A stretch of DNA of 64,000 nt. Source: Candidatus Marinacidobacterales bacterium (GTDB lineage Bacteria; Acidobacteriota; Vicinamibacteria; Marinacidobacterales; SMYC01). Below are positions 53,087 through 63,054 of the stretch, piece after piece. The position numbers and the translations under genes were made by a program. Within the stretch, counting starts at the first letter, position 1, and each line of letters begins with the position of its first letter. The DNA lies in NCBI GenBank assembly GCA_965237955.1, contig OZ250169.1, forward strand, positions 1,312,001-1,376,000, read 5' to 3'. The notes below the pieces were generated by a model. The model saw nothing but the letters and a program-made list of their open reading frames with translations. It did not search any database and was not told the origin of the DNA.

Positions 53087-54253
53087 ATGCCTAACGCGTT
53101 GAGCACGTTGGCGGTCGTTCTCCTGTTCGTCGTGCGCCCGGCGGTGTCTCAAGAGCGGCGCTCGTTCTCCGAGCGCTTTCGGTACGGTGGCGAGGTCACC
53201 GGCAATATCTCGCCGGTGGACCATGGCTATTTCAACGAGCTCGAGTACCAGCGCAATCTGCTCCGGCTGGTACGGGTCAACTTCGCCTTGGAGTTTCGAG
53301 CGAGCGATCAGGTGGCGATCTTGACCGAGATTCGCTCCGACAACTTCGATGTGCCCGAGCCCTACGCGCTCTACGTACGCCTTCGTCCGTGGCGCGATCG
53401 CGCGTTCGACATCCAGGTCGGGCGTATCCCGCCCGTGTTCGGCGCGTTCGCGCGCCGTCGCTACGACATCGGCAACCCGCTCATCGGCTATCCATTGACA
53501 TATCAATACCCGAACACGACGCGGCCGGACTCGGCGCCGACAGAGCTCTCTCAAGTTCTCCTTCAACGCGGAGGGGGAGCGAAAGTGCGCTATCCGATTG
53601 GAGATCGGGAACCGATGGCGGGGCTACCCATGGTGAACCCGCTACGGTGGGACACTGGCGTTCAAGTTATGCTCGGACACGACCCGATCGAGCTCGGTGT
53701 GGCGGTGACGCAGGGCACGATCTCGAACCCGCGGGTGCGGGACGACAACTCGGGGAAACAGCTCGCGGCGCGCCTTGGTTTGCGTCCCGCGTTCGGATGG
53801 GTGCTCGGCGTTTCCGGTGCACGCGGCGAATACGTTACGGATGACGTCACGTCGATCACGGGCGACACCGGCTATCAGACCGCCTTCGGTTTCGACCTCG
53901 AGTTCTCGCGGAACTATTTTGTTCTGCGAGCCGAGACCATCTGGAGTCAGTGGGACGCGCCTACGCTGGAAACGGGCGCTCTCGGAGGCCTGGGTTTCTA
54001 CATTGAGGCAAGCTACAAGATCTCGCTCGGGTTCTACGTCGCGGCGCGCGTTGATCGCATTAGCTTCGACCATGTCGACAGTGCCGATGGAGCCATCACT
54101 TGGGATTCGTCCATCTCGAGGATCGAAGTCGGAGCCGGCTACTACTTTCACCGGCAGCTTCTCGCCAAAGTTTCGTATCAATACAACGAGCGCGATGCCG
54201 GTAGGCTCACGACCCGCGGTATTCCCGCGGTGCAGCTTCTATTCTGGTTTTGA
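53087..54253 (+). CDS. Putative outer-membrane beta-barrel protein
   Basis: Signal peptide, amphipathic strands, DDNSGK motif and C-terminal Phe. Confidence 0.72.
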   Translation: MPNALSTLAVVLLFVVRPAVSQERRSFSERFRYGGEVTGNISPVDHGYFNELEYQRNLLRLVRVNFALEFRASDQVAILTEIRSDNFDVPEPYALYVRLRPWRDRAFDIQVGRIPPVFGAFARRRYDIGNPLIGYPLTYQYPNTTRPDSAPTELSQVLLQRGGGAKVRYPIGDREPMAGLPMVNPLRWDTGVQVMLGHDPIELGVAVTQGTISNPRVRDDNSGKQLAARLGLRPAFGWVLGVSGARGEYVTDDVTSITGDTGYQTAFGFDLEFSRNYFVLRAETIWSQWDAPTLETGALGGLGFYIEASYKISLGFYVAARVDRISFDHVDSADGAITWDSSISRIEVGAGYYFHRQLLAKVSYQYNERDAGRLTTRGIPAVQLLFWF

Positions 54254-54256
54254 GCG

Positions 54257-54928
54257 ATGAGCATGCGAGTAGCGGTTTGTGTCACCGTTCTCATGGGGAC
54301 ACTCGTCGCGACCGGGGAAGAGAACGAACAGGTGGCGCTCGGCTCTATCACCGGCGTCGTCGACGTTCGTCTTCCGTTGAGCCGAGAGCGCGCGCGGCCG
54401 TCGGTGCGTAAGCTCGGGAGTCCCGACGCGCGCGGCCGGCCCGATCGAACCCAGAGCGTCGTCTATTTGGAGATGGCACCCCAGGGCGCGTTCGAGGCGC
54501 GACCCGTCGGACGCGCGGTGCTGGATCAGCGTCAGGAGACGTTCGTGCCGTACGCGCTTCCCGTGACCGTCGGCACGACCGTCCAGTTCCCGAACAGCGA
54601 TCCCATTTACCACAACGTTTTTTCGTTCTCGAAGCCCAGGCGATTCGACCTCGGACGCTACCCGCAGGGCCGCACCAAGAGGGTGCGTTTCGACCGTCCG
54701 GGAATCGTGCGCGTGTTCTGTGAGATCCACTCCCACATGAGCGCGTTCATCCTCGTCTTTTCTCACCAGTATTTCGCGTCGACAGACACGTCCGGGCGCT
54801 ACCGGATCGACGCCGTGCCTCCGGGCGTTTACGATGTGTCGGTGTGGACCGACGGAGAAGCTCGCATGAGCAAGTCGGTGACGGTGAGGGCCGGCGAGTC
54901 CGTCGAGCTCGATTTCGTGGTGGAATGA
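54257..54928 (+). CDS. Secreted cupredoxin-like / carboxypeptidase-regulatory-like protein
   Basis: FPNSDPIYHNVFS, VFCEIHSHM, GRYRIDAVPPGVY. Confidence 0.8.
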   Translation: MSMRVAVCVTVLMGTLVATGEENEQVALGSITGVVDVRLPLSRERARPSVRKLGSPDARGRPDRTQSVVYLEMAPQGAFEARPVGRAVLDQRQETFVPYALPVTVGTTVQFPNSDPIYHNVFSFSKPRRFDLGRYPQGRTKRVRFDRPGIVRVFCEIHSHMSAFILVFSHQYFASTDTSGRYRIDAVPPGVYDVSVWTDGEARMSKSVTVRAGESVELDFVVE

Positions 54929-54932
54929 GCCA

Positions 54933-56583
54933 GTGAAGGTTCTGTCATCGCTCAAAAACCGCGTGTTCCTCGCGTGCGCTTTCGTTGCCGTCCTCTCGAT
55001 TGGGCTCGGGACCCAACTCGTTACCACCCGGGTATCGTCTGAAGCCGAGGCGGAGCTCCAGCGGGGCCTCGAAGGAGCGGCGCAGCTGTTGGAGGAGCAC
55101 CTTCTCTCTCGCACCGAGACGCTCACCGCCATGGCGTGGCTCATCGCGGATTTGCCCAAGCTCAAAGCCGCGGTCGCCACCGGCGATCCGCCGACGGTGG
55201 CGCCGCTCGCGCACGAGTACATGGAACGCGTGGGATCGGACGTCATGGTCATCACCGACGAGAACGGGAGTGCTCTTGTTTCGCTCGGGATCAATGACGT
55301 CGATGTCGACGTCGCTCTACGTCACGAGCCGACGTACTTCCTTACGACCGAAGCAGGGGTTCTCGAGATGGTATCGCTTCCGATAACCATTGGACCGGAG
55401 CCCGCGGAGGAGCTCGGTACGTTGAGCGTCGGATTTTTTCTGAACGACGCGCTGGCGGCGGAGCTCGGTGCTGACCCAAAGCGAGGTCGTTTTCAAATCC
55501 GGGGGCCGAGGCGACATCATCGCCTCGACGCTTGCGGATCGCGGCGATGACGATGAGTATGCTTCGGTCGTACGATCGCTCGGGCCGGATGGACCTAAGG
55601 CAGAGCTCTTGCGCTCGCGGACCGCTCGTCTCTCGTTTCTAGATACCTTCCCCGCGAAGGTCTCGTGCTCTCGGCACTCTTCGGAGTCCTTCTCGCGATC
55701 TTGTTGAGCTACGCGGTGGCCCGGACGGTTACCAGGCCGCTCCTCGCGATCACCGAGACCATGCGGGAGATCACGTCGACCCACGATCTCGCACGCAAAA
55801 TAGAGCTTCGCGGGCGGTGGATCGACGAGGACGCGACGGTGCTCGCGAGCACCTTCAACCGCCTCACCGACTCCATTGCGCGATTCCAGAGAGAAGTCGC
55901 TTCCAAAGAGCGTCTGTCCGCGCTCGGTCGCATGTCCACGGTGATTCGCTCACGAGATTCGCAACCCGTTGATGATCATCAAAGCCTCCCTCAGGAGCTT
56001 TCGGCGTCCCGAGCTCACCGCCGACGTCCGCGAAGCGGCCGAGGACATCGACCACGAAGTTGTCCGGCTCAACCGTATCGTCGGCGACGTGCTGGATTTC
56101 GCGCGGCCACTGCAGCTCGACCTTCATCCGACGGACCTCAATGCTGTTTGTCGCCAAGCCGCGGAAGCGGTGACGATTGACGTTGAGGATACCGCGCTGC
56201 GGCTTGAGCTGAGCCTCGACTCCGAGCTTCCCGAAGTCGTGACCGACAGCGAGCGACTTCGCATCGCGCTCGTGAACATCCTCACGAACGCGCGCGACGC
56301 GGTCCACGAGAAGTCTTCGAACGGTGAGCCCGATATCGAGCTCGAGACCAAGAGCGTGGGAAAAGACAAGATTGCCATTTTGGTGCGCGATCGCGGGGAC
56401 GGTATCCCGCCGGAGAATCTTCCGAAGATCTTCGAGCCCTACTTCACCGGCAAACGCACCGGAACCGGTCTCGGGCTCGCGATTACGAAGAACATCATCG
56501 AGTCCCTCGGCGGAACGGTGACCGCGAAGAGCTCTCCGTCCCAAGGGACCGAGATACGGGTCGATTTATTCGTCGGTAACTGA
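54933..56583 (+). pseudogene. HAMP sensor histidine kinase with about 3 frameshifts
   Basis: TM1, TM2/HAMP (TRPL...FNRL), H box (HEIRNPL) and HATPase (NILTNA, D.GDG, FEPYFT, GTGLGL) lie in ORFs 54933, 55468, 55665 and 55969. Confidence 0.82.
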
Positions 56584-56586
56584 ACT

Positions 56587-57963
56587 ATGGAAACTCGCGG
56601 GAGCGTCCTTCTCGTCGACGACGAAGAGCGCATTCTCAAGACTTTGAGTCGAGCGCTCCGCGACGACGGCCACGACGTCGTCGTCGCATCGAGCGGCGAG
56701 AGGGCGCTCGCACTGCTCAATGAGCGAGGTTTCGATCTTCTCGTCGTCGACCACCGCATGCCGAAGCTCTCCGGCCTCGAGCTCATCCGGAAGGTCGTCG
56801 ACCCCGACATGGATGATGCAACCGATGCCCAACGTCCCGCCATCGTGATGATGACGGCCCACGCCACGGTCGAGAGTGCTATCGAAGCGATGAAGCTCGG
56901 CGCTTCCGATTACCTTCAGAAACCATTCGACGTGGAAGAGCTGCTCGTGGTCGCTCGACGAGCTCTCGAGCACCGAAAGCTTCGCACCGAGCATCAATAC
57001 CTCCTGAACGAGCAGAAAACGCAATTCAACGACTATGGCATCGTGGGCTCGAGCACTGAGATCCGCGACGTGATCGACAAATTGGGCCGCGTCGCCCAAT
57101 CGAAGAGCACGGTGCTCATCATGGGGGAGACGGGCACCGGGAAAGAGCTCGTGGTGCGGGCCATCCACGATCGAAGTGCGGAGCGGGACATGCCCCTCAT
57201 CAAAGTGAACTGCGCGGCGATTCCCGAGACGCTTCTGGAATCGGAGCTCTTCGGTCACCTGAAGGGCGCGTTCACGAACGCGACCGCGAACAAGAAAGGC
57301 AAGTTCTCACTGGCACACGGCAGCTCGATTTTTCTGGACGAAATCGGGCTGATGAGCTTGTCGCTTCAAGCCAAGCTTCTACGGGTACTTCAAGAACGGG
57401 AGTTCGAGCCTTTGGGAGCGGAGACCACCGAGAAGGTCGACGTTCGCGTCATTGCCGCCACCAATCGAAACTTGCCGAAGATGATGGCGACGGGGGAGTT
57501 TCAAGAAGATCTCTACTACCGTTTGAGTGTCATCCCCATCGAGATCCCGCCGCTTCGCGAACGGCGCGAAGACATTCCCGGTCTCGTCGAGCACTTCATC
57601 GACAAACACCGTCGGCGAGCCGGCAAGCACATCGAGGGCGTCGCGGACGACGCGCTCGCCCTGCTGAGCGCCTATGACTGGCCCGGCAATGTCCGGGAGC
57701 TCGAGAACACCATCGAGAGAGCCGTCGTGCTCTCCGGGGGGCTGGTGATTGGGCTCGAGACGGTCTCCCTTCTCGACGCCGGCGTCGCGAAGCCAGGGGG
57801 GCTGCCATCGGCAAAGCTCCACGACAACGTAGAATGGGTCGAAAAAGAGTCCATTCACCGCGCGCTCGAAAAAGCCCAGGGCGTCAAGAAAGCGGCGGCG
57901 GAAACGCTCGGGATCAGCCAACGCGCGTTGAGCTATTATTTAAAGAAGTTCGATTTCGACTAA
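56587..57963 (+). CDS. Sigma-54-dependent response regulator (AtoC/NtrC-like)
   Basis: Receiver, GETGTGKE, ESELFGHLKGAFTNA, WPGNVREL and HTH. Confidence 0.93.
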   Translation: METRGSVLLVDDEERILKTLSRALRDDGHDVVVASSGERALALLNERGFDLLVVDHRMPKLSGLELIRKVVDPDMDDATDAQRPAIVMMTAHATVESAIEAMKLGASDYLQKPFDVEELLVVARRALEHRKLRTEHQYLLNEQKTQFNDYGIVGSSTEIRDVIDKLGRVAQSKSTVLIMGETGTGKELVVRAIHDRSAERDMPLIKVNCAAIPETLLESELFGHLKGAFTNATANKKGKFSLAHGSSIFLDEIGLMSLSLQAKLLRVLQEREFEPLGAETTEKVDVRVIAATNRNLPKMMATGEFQEDLYYRLSVIPIEIPPLRERREDIPGLVEHFIDKHRRRAGKHIEGVADDALALLSAYDWPGNVRELENTIERAVVLSGGLVIGLETVSLLDAGVAKPGGLPSAKLHDNVEWVEKESIHRALEKAQGVKKAAAETLGISQRALSYYLKKFDFD

Positions 57964-57976
57964 AGAGGTCCGCCAT

Positions 57977-59317
57977 ATGAAAATTCTCGGGAGCATACTG
58001 CTCATGACGTTGACGGTAGCGACGGGGGCGTCCGCCCGAGTGTTTCCTTATCCCATCGATGTCCACGATTTCGACAACGGCGTTCGCCTCGTGGGCGTCC
58101 AGTTCGATAGCCCCGGGCTCGCGGCGTACTACACCGTGGTCCGCGTCGGGGCGCGACAAGAAGTGGACGAGGGGAAAAGCGGCTTTGCCCACTTCTTCGA
58201 GCACATGATGTTTCGGGGCACCGAGGCGTTTCCCGAAGATGAGTACAACGCCGTCCTCCGCGACATCGGCGCGGACTCGAACGCTTATACGTCTTCGGAT
58301 CGAACCGTCTACCACGTCCTCGCGAGCTCCCGCTCTCTCCCTCGCATCATCGAGATCGAGGCGGACCGGTTCCAGAACCTGAAATACGCCAAAGCGGATT
58401 TCGAGAAAGAAGCAGGCGCTGTGCTCGGTGAGTACAACAAGAGTGCCGCGAACCCGTTCATGGGTTTGTACGAAAAGCTCCAGGACACGGCGTACGACGT
58501 GCACCCGTACCAACACATGGTGATCGGATTTCTCAAGGATATCAAGGCGATGCCGACGTTGTACGACTACAGCCTCGAGTTCTTCGATCGGTACTATCGT
58601 CCGGAGTACGTAACGATTCTCGTCGTCGGGGACTATGACTGAGACGAGCTCGTGAAGGACGTTGAAGTTAAGTACGGTGATTGGGAGCGGGGCGGATACG
58701 TACCGAAGATTCCGGCCGAGCCTCCGCAAACTGCGCCCCGGGAAGCGAGCGTCGAGTGGCCCGCGCCCACGCTACCGATTCTGGCCATCGCTTACCGTGC
58801 GCCCGCTTTCAGCACCGACCAGCTCGACATGCCGGGTCTCGACGTGCTGTCTCAAGTACATTTCGGCTCTACGTCGCCGATTTATCAAGAGCTCGTGATC
58901 GAGAAGCAGTGGGTGGACTTCATTCAGGCAGGAGCAACCGATCAAGCAGACCCGCCGCTGTTCACCATCCTCACGCGCGTGCGCGAGCCGGACAAGCTCG
59001 CTGAGGTCGAAGCGAAGCTCCTGGCGGAGGTCGATCGCATTTCTTCGGAGCTTGCCGAGGATGAGAAGCTCGAGGCGACCAAAAGCCACATGAAATATCA
59101 GTTCCTCATGGGGCTCGACATCGCGAACGCGGTGGCCAACACGATGGCGCACTACCTGTCGCTGACCAACGACCCCCAGACGGTGAACCGTGTCTACGAG
59201 CTGTACGACAGCGTCACTGCCGAAGACGTGCGCCGGCTGGCCAAGAAATACTTCCGTGCCGACAGCCGCACCATCGTGACCCTGGAGCAAGGCGCGGACG
59301 TGAAGGGAGAAGAGTAG
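57977..59317 (+). pseudogene. M16 peptidase catalytic subunit with in-frame TGA at 58640
   Basis: HFFEHMMFRG; ORFs 57977 and 58652 are in the same frame (VVGDYD*DELVK). Confidence 0.85.
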
Positions 59318-59319
59318 AG

Positions 59320-59880
59320 ATGGTGCGCGGATTTGCGGTCGTCTTGGTGCTTTGTGTTCTCGGCGCTGCCGCCCGTATTGCTGTCGGCGCCGAGCGCGAT
59401 ACCGTGCTCGTGAAGAGCCCGGGAAATCCATTGGTGAGCTTTCGTTTCGTCTTTCACGTCGGCTCGAGCCAGGACCCGCCCGGTAAGGAAGGGCTCGCGG
59501 CGCTCACCGCCAAGATGTTGAGTCAGGGCGGGACCGAAGAGATGTCGATGCGCGAGGTCATGGAGTTTCTCTATCCGATGGCGGCGCGGGTTTCGGCCCA
59601 GCCCGACAAAGAGGTCACGACGTTCATCGGCCGTGCCCATCGCGACCATCTCGAGGAGTTCTACTCGGTCTTCCGCGATCGCCTTCAGAAGCCTCGTTTC
59701 GACCCCGAGGATTTTGAGAGGAACAAAGACGCGCTCCTCAACTTTCTACAAAAATCTCTTCGGAGCTCTGACGACGAGGAGTTGGGGAAACACTCACTCG
59801 AGTGGGTGATGTACGACGGCCATCCCTACAAACACCCGGTGGAAGGTACTGTCCAAGGCGTCGAGTCGATTACCCTCGAT
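59320..59880 (+). pseudogene. M16 peptidase second subunit, 3'-truncated
   Basis: GS..DPPGKEGLAALTA, HPY.HP..GT...V.SITLD, then an abrupt switch to AT-rich sequence. Confidence 0.8.
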
Positions 59881-59987
59881 TACTATACAAAGTTAGGCTT
59901 TTCGCCAGCCCATAAGATTCATAAGATTCATGCACTTAGAAGGGTTTCGGCAAGCTCTGCTTTATCTAGTTTGTTCTGATACAGGGG
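59881..59987. other. AT-rich 107-bp scar, possible IS-end or MITE remnant
   Basis: Compositional break exactly at the truncation point; tandem CATAAGATT x2; only weak terminal inverted similarity. Confidence 0.4.
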
Positions 59988-59988
59988 A

Positions 59989-60531
59989 CTAGTTCTTCTT
60001 GTCCCTCTTGAACAACTCGTAAGCTGCACCGCTCGCAGCCCCGATGGCGGCCCCGACCGCTGCACCTTTCTTGCCCTTGGCCATCGCTCCGATCCCGGCG
60101 CCGGCACCCGCGGCTCCACCGATGACGACCGCGCTTTGTTTCCACGAGCGGGAATCATCCGCGTCGTCGATTTCGACGGCGTCGACGGCCGACTCCGGCA
60201 TGTTCACTTCCGGCTCGGGCGGCGGCGGTGCAAGAGCGACGACCGGCGCGTGAGCTCGAGGTGCGGGGTGCGAGACGACGTCGGTTCGTCGCTCGTCCTC
60301 GATTTCGACGCAGCGGACTTTGAACGACGTCGTTCCGTCCACGTCGAGGGGCGCCAGAAGTGGCTCACGACCCTCGCCGCAATCGACCTGATGCAGAGGG
60401 GGAGCCGATTCGAGCGCGGTCTCGAGCTCGGAAGCGGCTGGCTCAGGACGAGCGCCCGAGCCCGACACGAAGCTCCCGAGCGCAAGTCCGAGGGCGAAAA
60501 TTCCTGCTATCCAAGCACCTAGTGTTTTCAT
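59989..60531 (-). CDS. Glycine-zipper (YMGG-like) membrane protein
   Basis: RSWKQSAVVIGGAAGAGAGIGAMAKGKKGAAVGAAIGAASGAAY; SD AAGGAG. Confidence 0.8.
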   Translation of the reverse strand: MKTLGAWIAGIFALGLALGSFVSGSGARPEPAASELETALESAPPLHQVDCGEGREPLLAPLDVDGTTSFKVRCVEIEDERRTDVVSHPAPRAHAPVVALAPPPPEPEVNMPESAVDAVEIDDADDSRSWKQSAVVIGGAAGAGAGIGAMAKGKKGAAVGAAIGAASGAAYELFKRDKKN

Positions 60532-60568
60532 CGTCCGTCTCCTTTCACAGCTTTTACCCCTGAGAAAG

Positions 60569-60614
60569 GCAAACGGAGTGCCAGTTGACTAAGTACTTAC
60601 AAGTCAACGAGTTG
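60569..60614 (-). promoter_or_regulatory. Sigma-54 promoter with adjacent IHF-like 25-mer
   Basis: TGGCACTCCGTTTGC (60583-60569), with CAACTCGTTGACTTGTAAGTACTTA 6 nt upstream. Confidence 0.75.
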
Positions 60615-60670
60615 CTCCACGAAGCGTGATCGCAATCACCTCCGCGGATGTCCTCTGTGAGGGACAGCCG

Positions 60671-61192
60671 TTACCGGTTCAAGAACGGGTTGAACATCGG
60701 TATCGAAGAGCCGCACTGCCGTGCGCTCACGATGTTCTCGTAGACTTCCTTCGACACAGACGGGCCCGGTCGCGAGCAGTGTTTTTCAAAAGCCTCGACC
60801 AGGTTTTGCGCCACCATCTCTTCGTTCATCATTTCGATGTGCCGCCGCTCGAGCATGTGGACGAGCTCGCCATCTTTGAAGAGAGCGATCGCCGGGGATG
60901 ATGGAGGCACGTCGACCATGTGTTGACGGGCACGCTCGGTCGCGTCCCTGTCGACGCCGGCGAAGACGGTTTTCAAGTTGTCGGGAATGACCGAGCTCTG
61001 GAGCGCTCGGGTAACCCCAGGTCGTGCCGAGCCGGCCGCGCACCCGCACACCGAATTGACGATCATCAGGGTCGTGCCGCTATCTTTGAGAGCTCGGTCG
61101 ACGACGACGCCGGTTTTGAGAGGGTCCACGCCGCACTGAGCGAGCTCTTCCCACATCGGTCGTACGGCTTCCGGATCGTATAAAGGTTGCAT
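60671..61192 (-). CDS. BrxA/BrxB family bacilliredoxin
   Basis: VNSVCGCAAGSARPG, TVFAGVD, PPSSP.IALFKDG. Confidence 0.9.
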   Translation of the reverse strand: MQPLYDPEAVRPMWEELAQCGVDPLKTGVVVDRALKDSGTTLMIVNSVCGCAAGSARPGVTRALQSSVIPDNLKTVFAGVDRDATERARQHMVDVPPSSPAIALFKDGELVHMLERRHIEMMNEEMVAQNLVEAFEKHCSRPGPSVSKEVYENIVSARQCGSSIPMFNPFLNR

Positions 61193-61315
61193 GCTTTTTC
61201 CCTCCGTTCCCTCAGTAAATTTAGCACAGTACGCGGCGGAGCGGTAATTGACGCCAGCTGGTGACTGGGAACTGGAGACTAGCTGAACGTGAGTTATACT
61301 GATTAATTCCCGGTC

Positions 61316-61390
61316 GGGCGGTTAGCTCAGCGGGAGAGCACCTGGTTTACACCCAGGTGGTCACAGGTTCAAATCCTGTACCGCCCACCA
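61316..61390 (+). tRNA. tRNA-Val (anticodon TAC)
   Basis: GGGCGGT/ACCGCCC acceptor stem, CCTGG-TTTACAC-CCAGG anticodon arm, GGTTCAAATCC T-arm and encoded CCA. Confidence 0.97.
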
Positions 61391-61446
61391 AGGTCAGTAA
61401 CCGCGCCGACAAAATCGAATAGACAGCGAAGATCCAGTTAGTATCC

Positions 61447-63021
61447 GTGACGAAACGATCGGTTCCCAACAGGAAGATTTTTCCGAGCGCGCTAGCTCAG
61501 ATGCTCGTCATCGTCATTGGCCTCGCCGCCGTGGCGGTTGCGCAAACACCGCCGTCCGCCGCGGTTAGTTTTACCAACGTCACCGGTGAGTCGGGGTTCG
61601 TGAGCCTTCGAGATCTTGGTGGGCACGGCATCCAGGTTGCCGATATCGACGGCGATGGTCTTTTGGACGTGTACGTCACTCACATTTTCGATCCAAAACA
61701 AAACCGGCCCGACTTGTTGTTCCGAAACCTTGGTGGGAGTCCGCAGCGGTTCGAGGAAATCGGACTCGTCGCCGGCGTCGCCGACGACGGGTTCTTTCCG
61801 CTGACGCTCGAAGATGGCACCGTCGAGGAGTTCTCGGAGGAATCGCACGCGGCGGTGTTCGCGGATTTCGACAACGACGGCGACCTCGATCTGTTCAATG
61901 GGCACACGTGGAGCGGTCACCACCGGCTCTATCGCAACGACGGCGGAGCGCGCTTCGTCGACATTTCGGATAGCGCAGGTATCGACGTCCGCGACCTCGG
62001 TCCTCGGGGTGTTGCCGCGGCGGATTTGGACGGCAACGGTTTTCTCGACATCATCGTCACCGCGTGGGAAGGCTTCATCCCGAACGTCTACATGAACCTC
62101 GGCGGACTCCGCTTCGAGCGGCAGCGACTACAGGGCGACGCGAGCGCGGACTTTGCCAACCAAGGTCTGAGCGTCGTGGACATCACCCGCAACGGGAAAC
62201 CGGATCTCGCGCTGAGCGCATTCGAGTTCGTGCCGGGGGTCGGGGTCGGCCCGATTGCGATCCTCGCGAATCAGTCCGGGCGGCTCGTTGAGAAAACGGG
62301 GTTCACCGGGCTCGAGTACGAACAGACCACGAGCGATTTTCGCGGGACCAACGGGTACAGCTTTCAGGACATCGACAACGACGGCGATCTCGACGTCGTC
62401 ATCACCGGGTTTCACGGGTCGAAGCTCTACCGCAACAACGGTGAAGGTCGCTTCCATTTGGTGCGACGGTTCGATGGCTTGCACTACACGGCGGCGTTCG
62501 GTGACGTCGATAACGACGGTGACCTCGACCTTTATCTCGCCGGAAGTACCGGAGTTCATTTGAACGACGGCGCCGGAGCCTTCACTTTCCAGGATGGTGG
62601 GCTGACCGGCATCGGCGAGGATGCCCGTTCCGCGGTTTTCGCGGATATGGATAACGACGGCGCGCTCGATCTACTCGTAGCCAGCAAGCAGGGCCCCAAC
62701 ACGTTTTTCCGCAACAACGGTGCGGCGGGCGGATGGCTCGGTGTTGCCGTGACCGCTCCCAATGGCGAAAAAGGCGCGATGGGTGCGGAAGTCACGCTGA
62801 CTCAGGGAGGCAGCGTGGTGGGCTATCGAGTCGTGCAATCGTCCACCGGGTATTGCAGCCAGGACCCTTCCAGGCTTCATTTCGGGGTGGGTTCAGGCGC
62901 CACGTACGATCTACGCGTGCGCTTCCCGAATGGCGTCGAAGTGACCCGTACCGGGGTGAGCCCCGGCCAGGTCGTTACGATCGGTGGTGCCCCGCCACCG
63001 AGCTCGACGATACCCGAGTAG
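61447..63021 (+). CDS. CRTAC1-like protein (FG-GAP/VCBS repeats + ASPIC/UnbV)
   Basis: Repeated DxDNDGDLD motifs, LYRNDG, and GYCSQD...LHFG.G. Confidence 0.88.
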   Translation: MTKRSVPNRKIFPSALAQMLVIVIGLAAVAVAQTPPSAAVSFTNVTGESGFVSLRDLGGHGIQVADIDGDGLLDVYVTHIFDPKQNRPDLLFRNLGGSPQRFEEIGLVAGVADDGFFPLTLEDGTVEEFSEESHAAVFADFDNDGDLDLFNGHTWSGHHRLYRNDGGARFVDISDSAGIDVRDLGPRGVAAADLDGNGFLDIIVTAWEGFIPNVYMNLGGLRFERQRLQGDASADFANQGLSVVDITRNGKPDLALSAFEFVPGVGVGPIAILANQSGRLVEKTGFTGLEYEQTTSDFRGTNGYSFQDIDNDGDLDVVITGFHGSKLYRNNGEGRFHLVRRFDGLHYTAAFGDVDNDGDLDLYLAGSTGVHLNDGAGAFTFQDGGLTGIGEDARSAVFADMDNDGALDLLVASKQGPNTFFRNNGAAGGWLGVAVTAPNGEKGAMGAEVTLTQGGSVVGYRVVQSSTGYCSQDPSRLHFGVGSGATYDLRVRFPNGVEVTRTGVSPGQVVTIGGAPPPSSTIPE

Positions 63022-63054
63022 CTGAGTCGGTGACGGGGTGCCGCGCCAGGCCCC

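Noticed and set aside
58640-58642. Selenocysteine or programmed readthrough at the in-frame TGA (likewise TAG at 33801)
   Set aside because: Not a catalytic Cys position, no evident SECIS, TGA and TAG end many normal genes here, and neighbouring lesions indicate decay.
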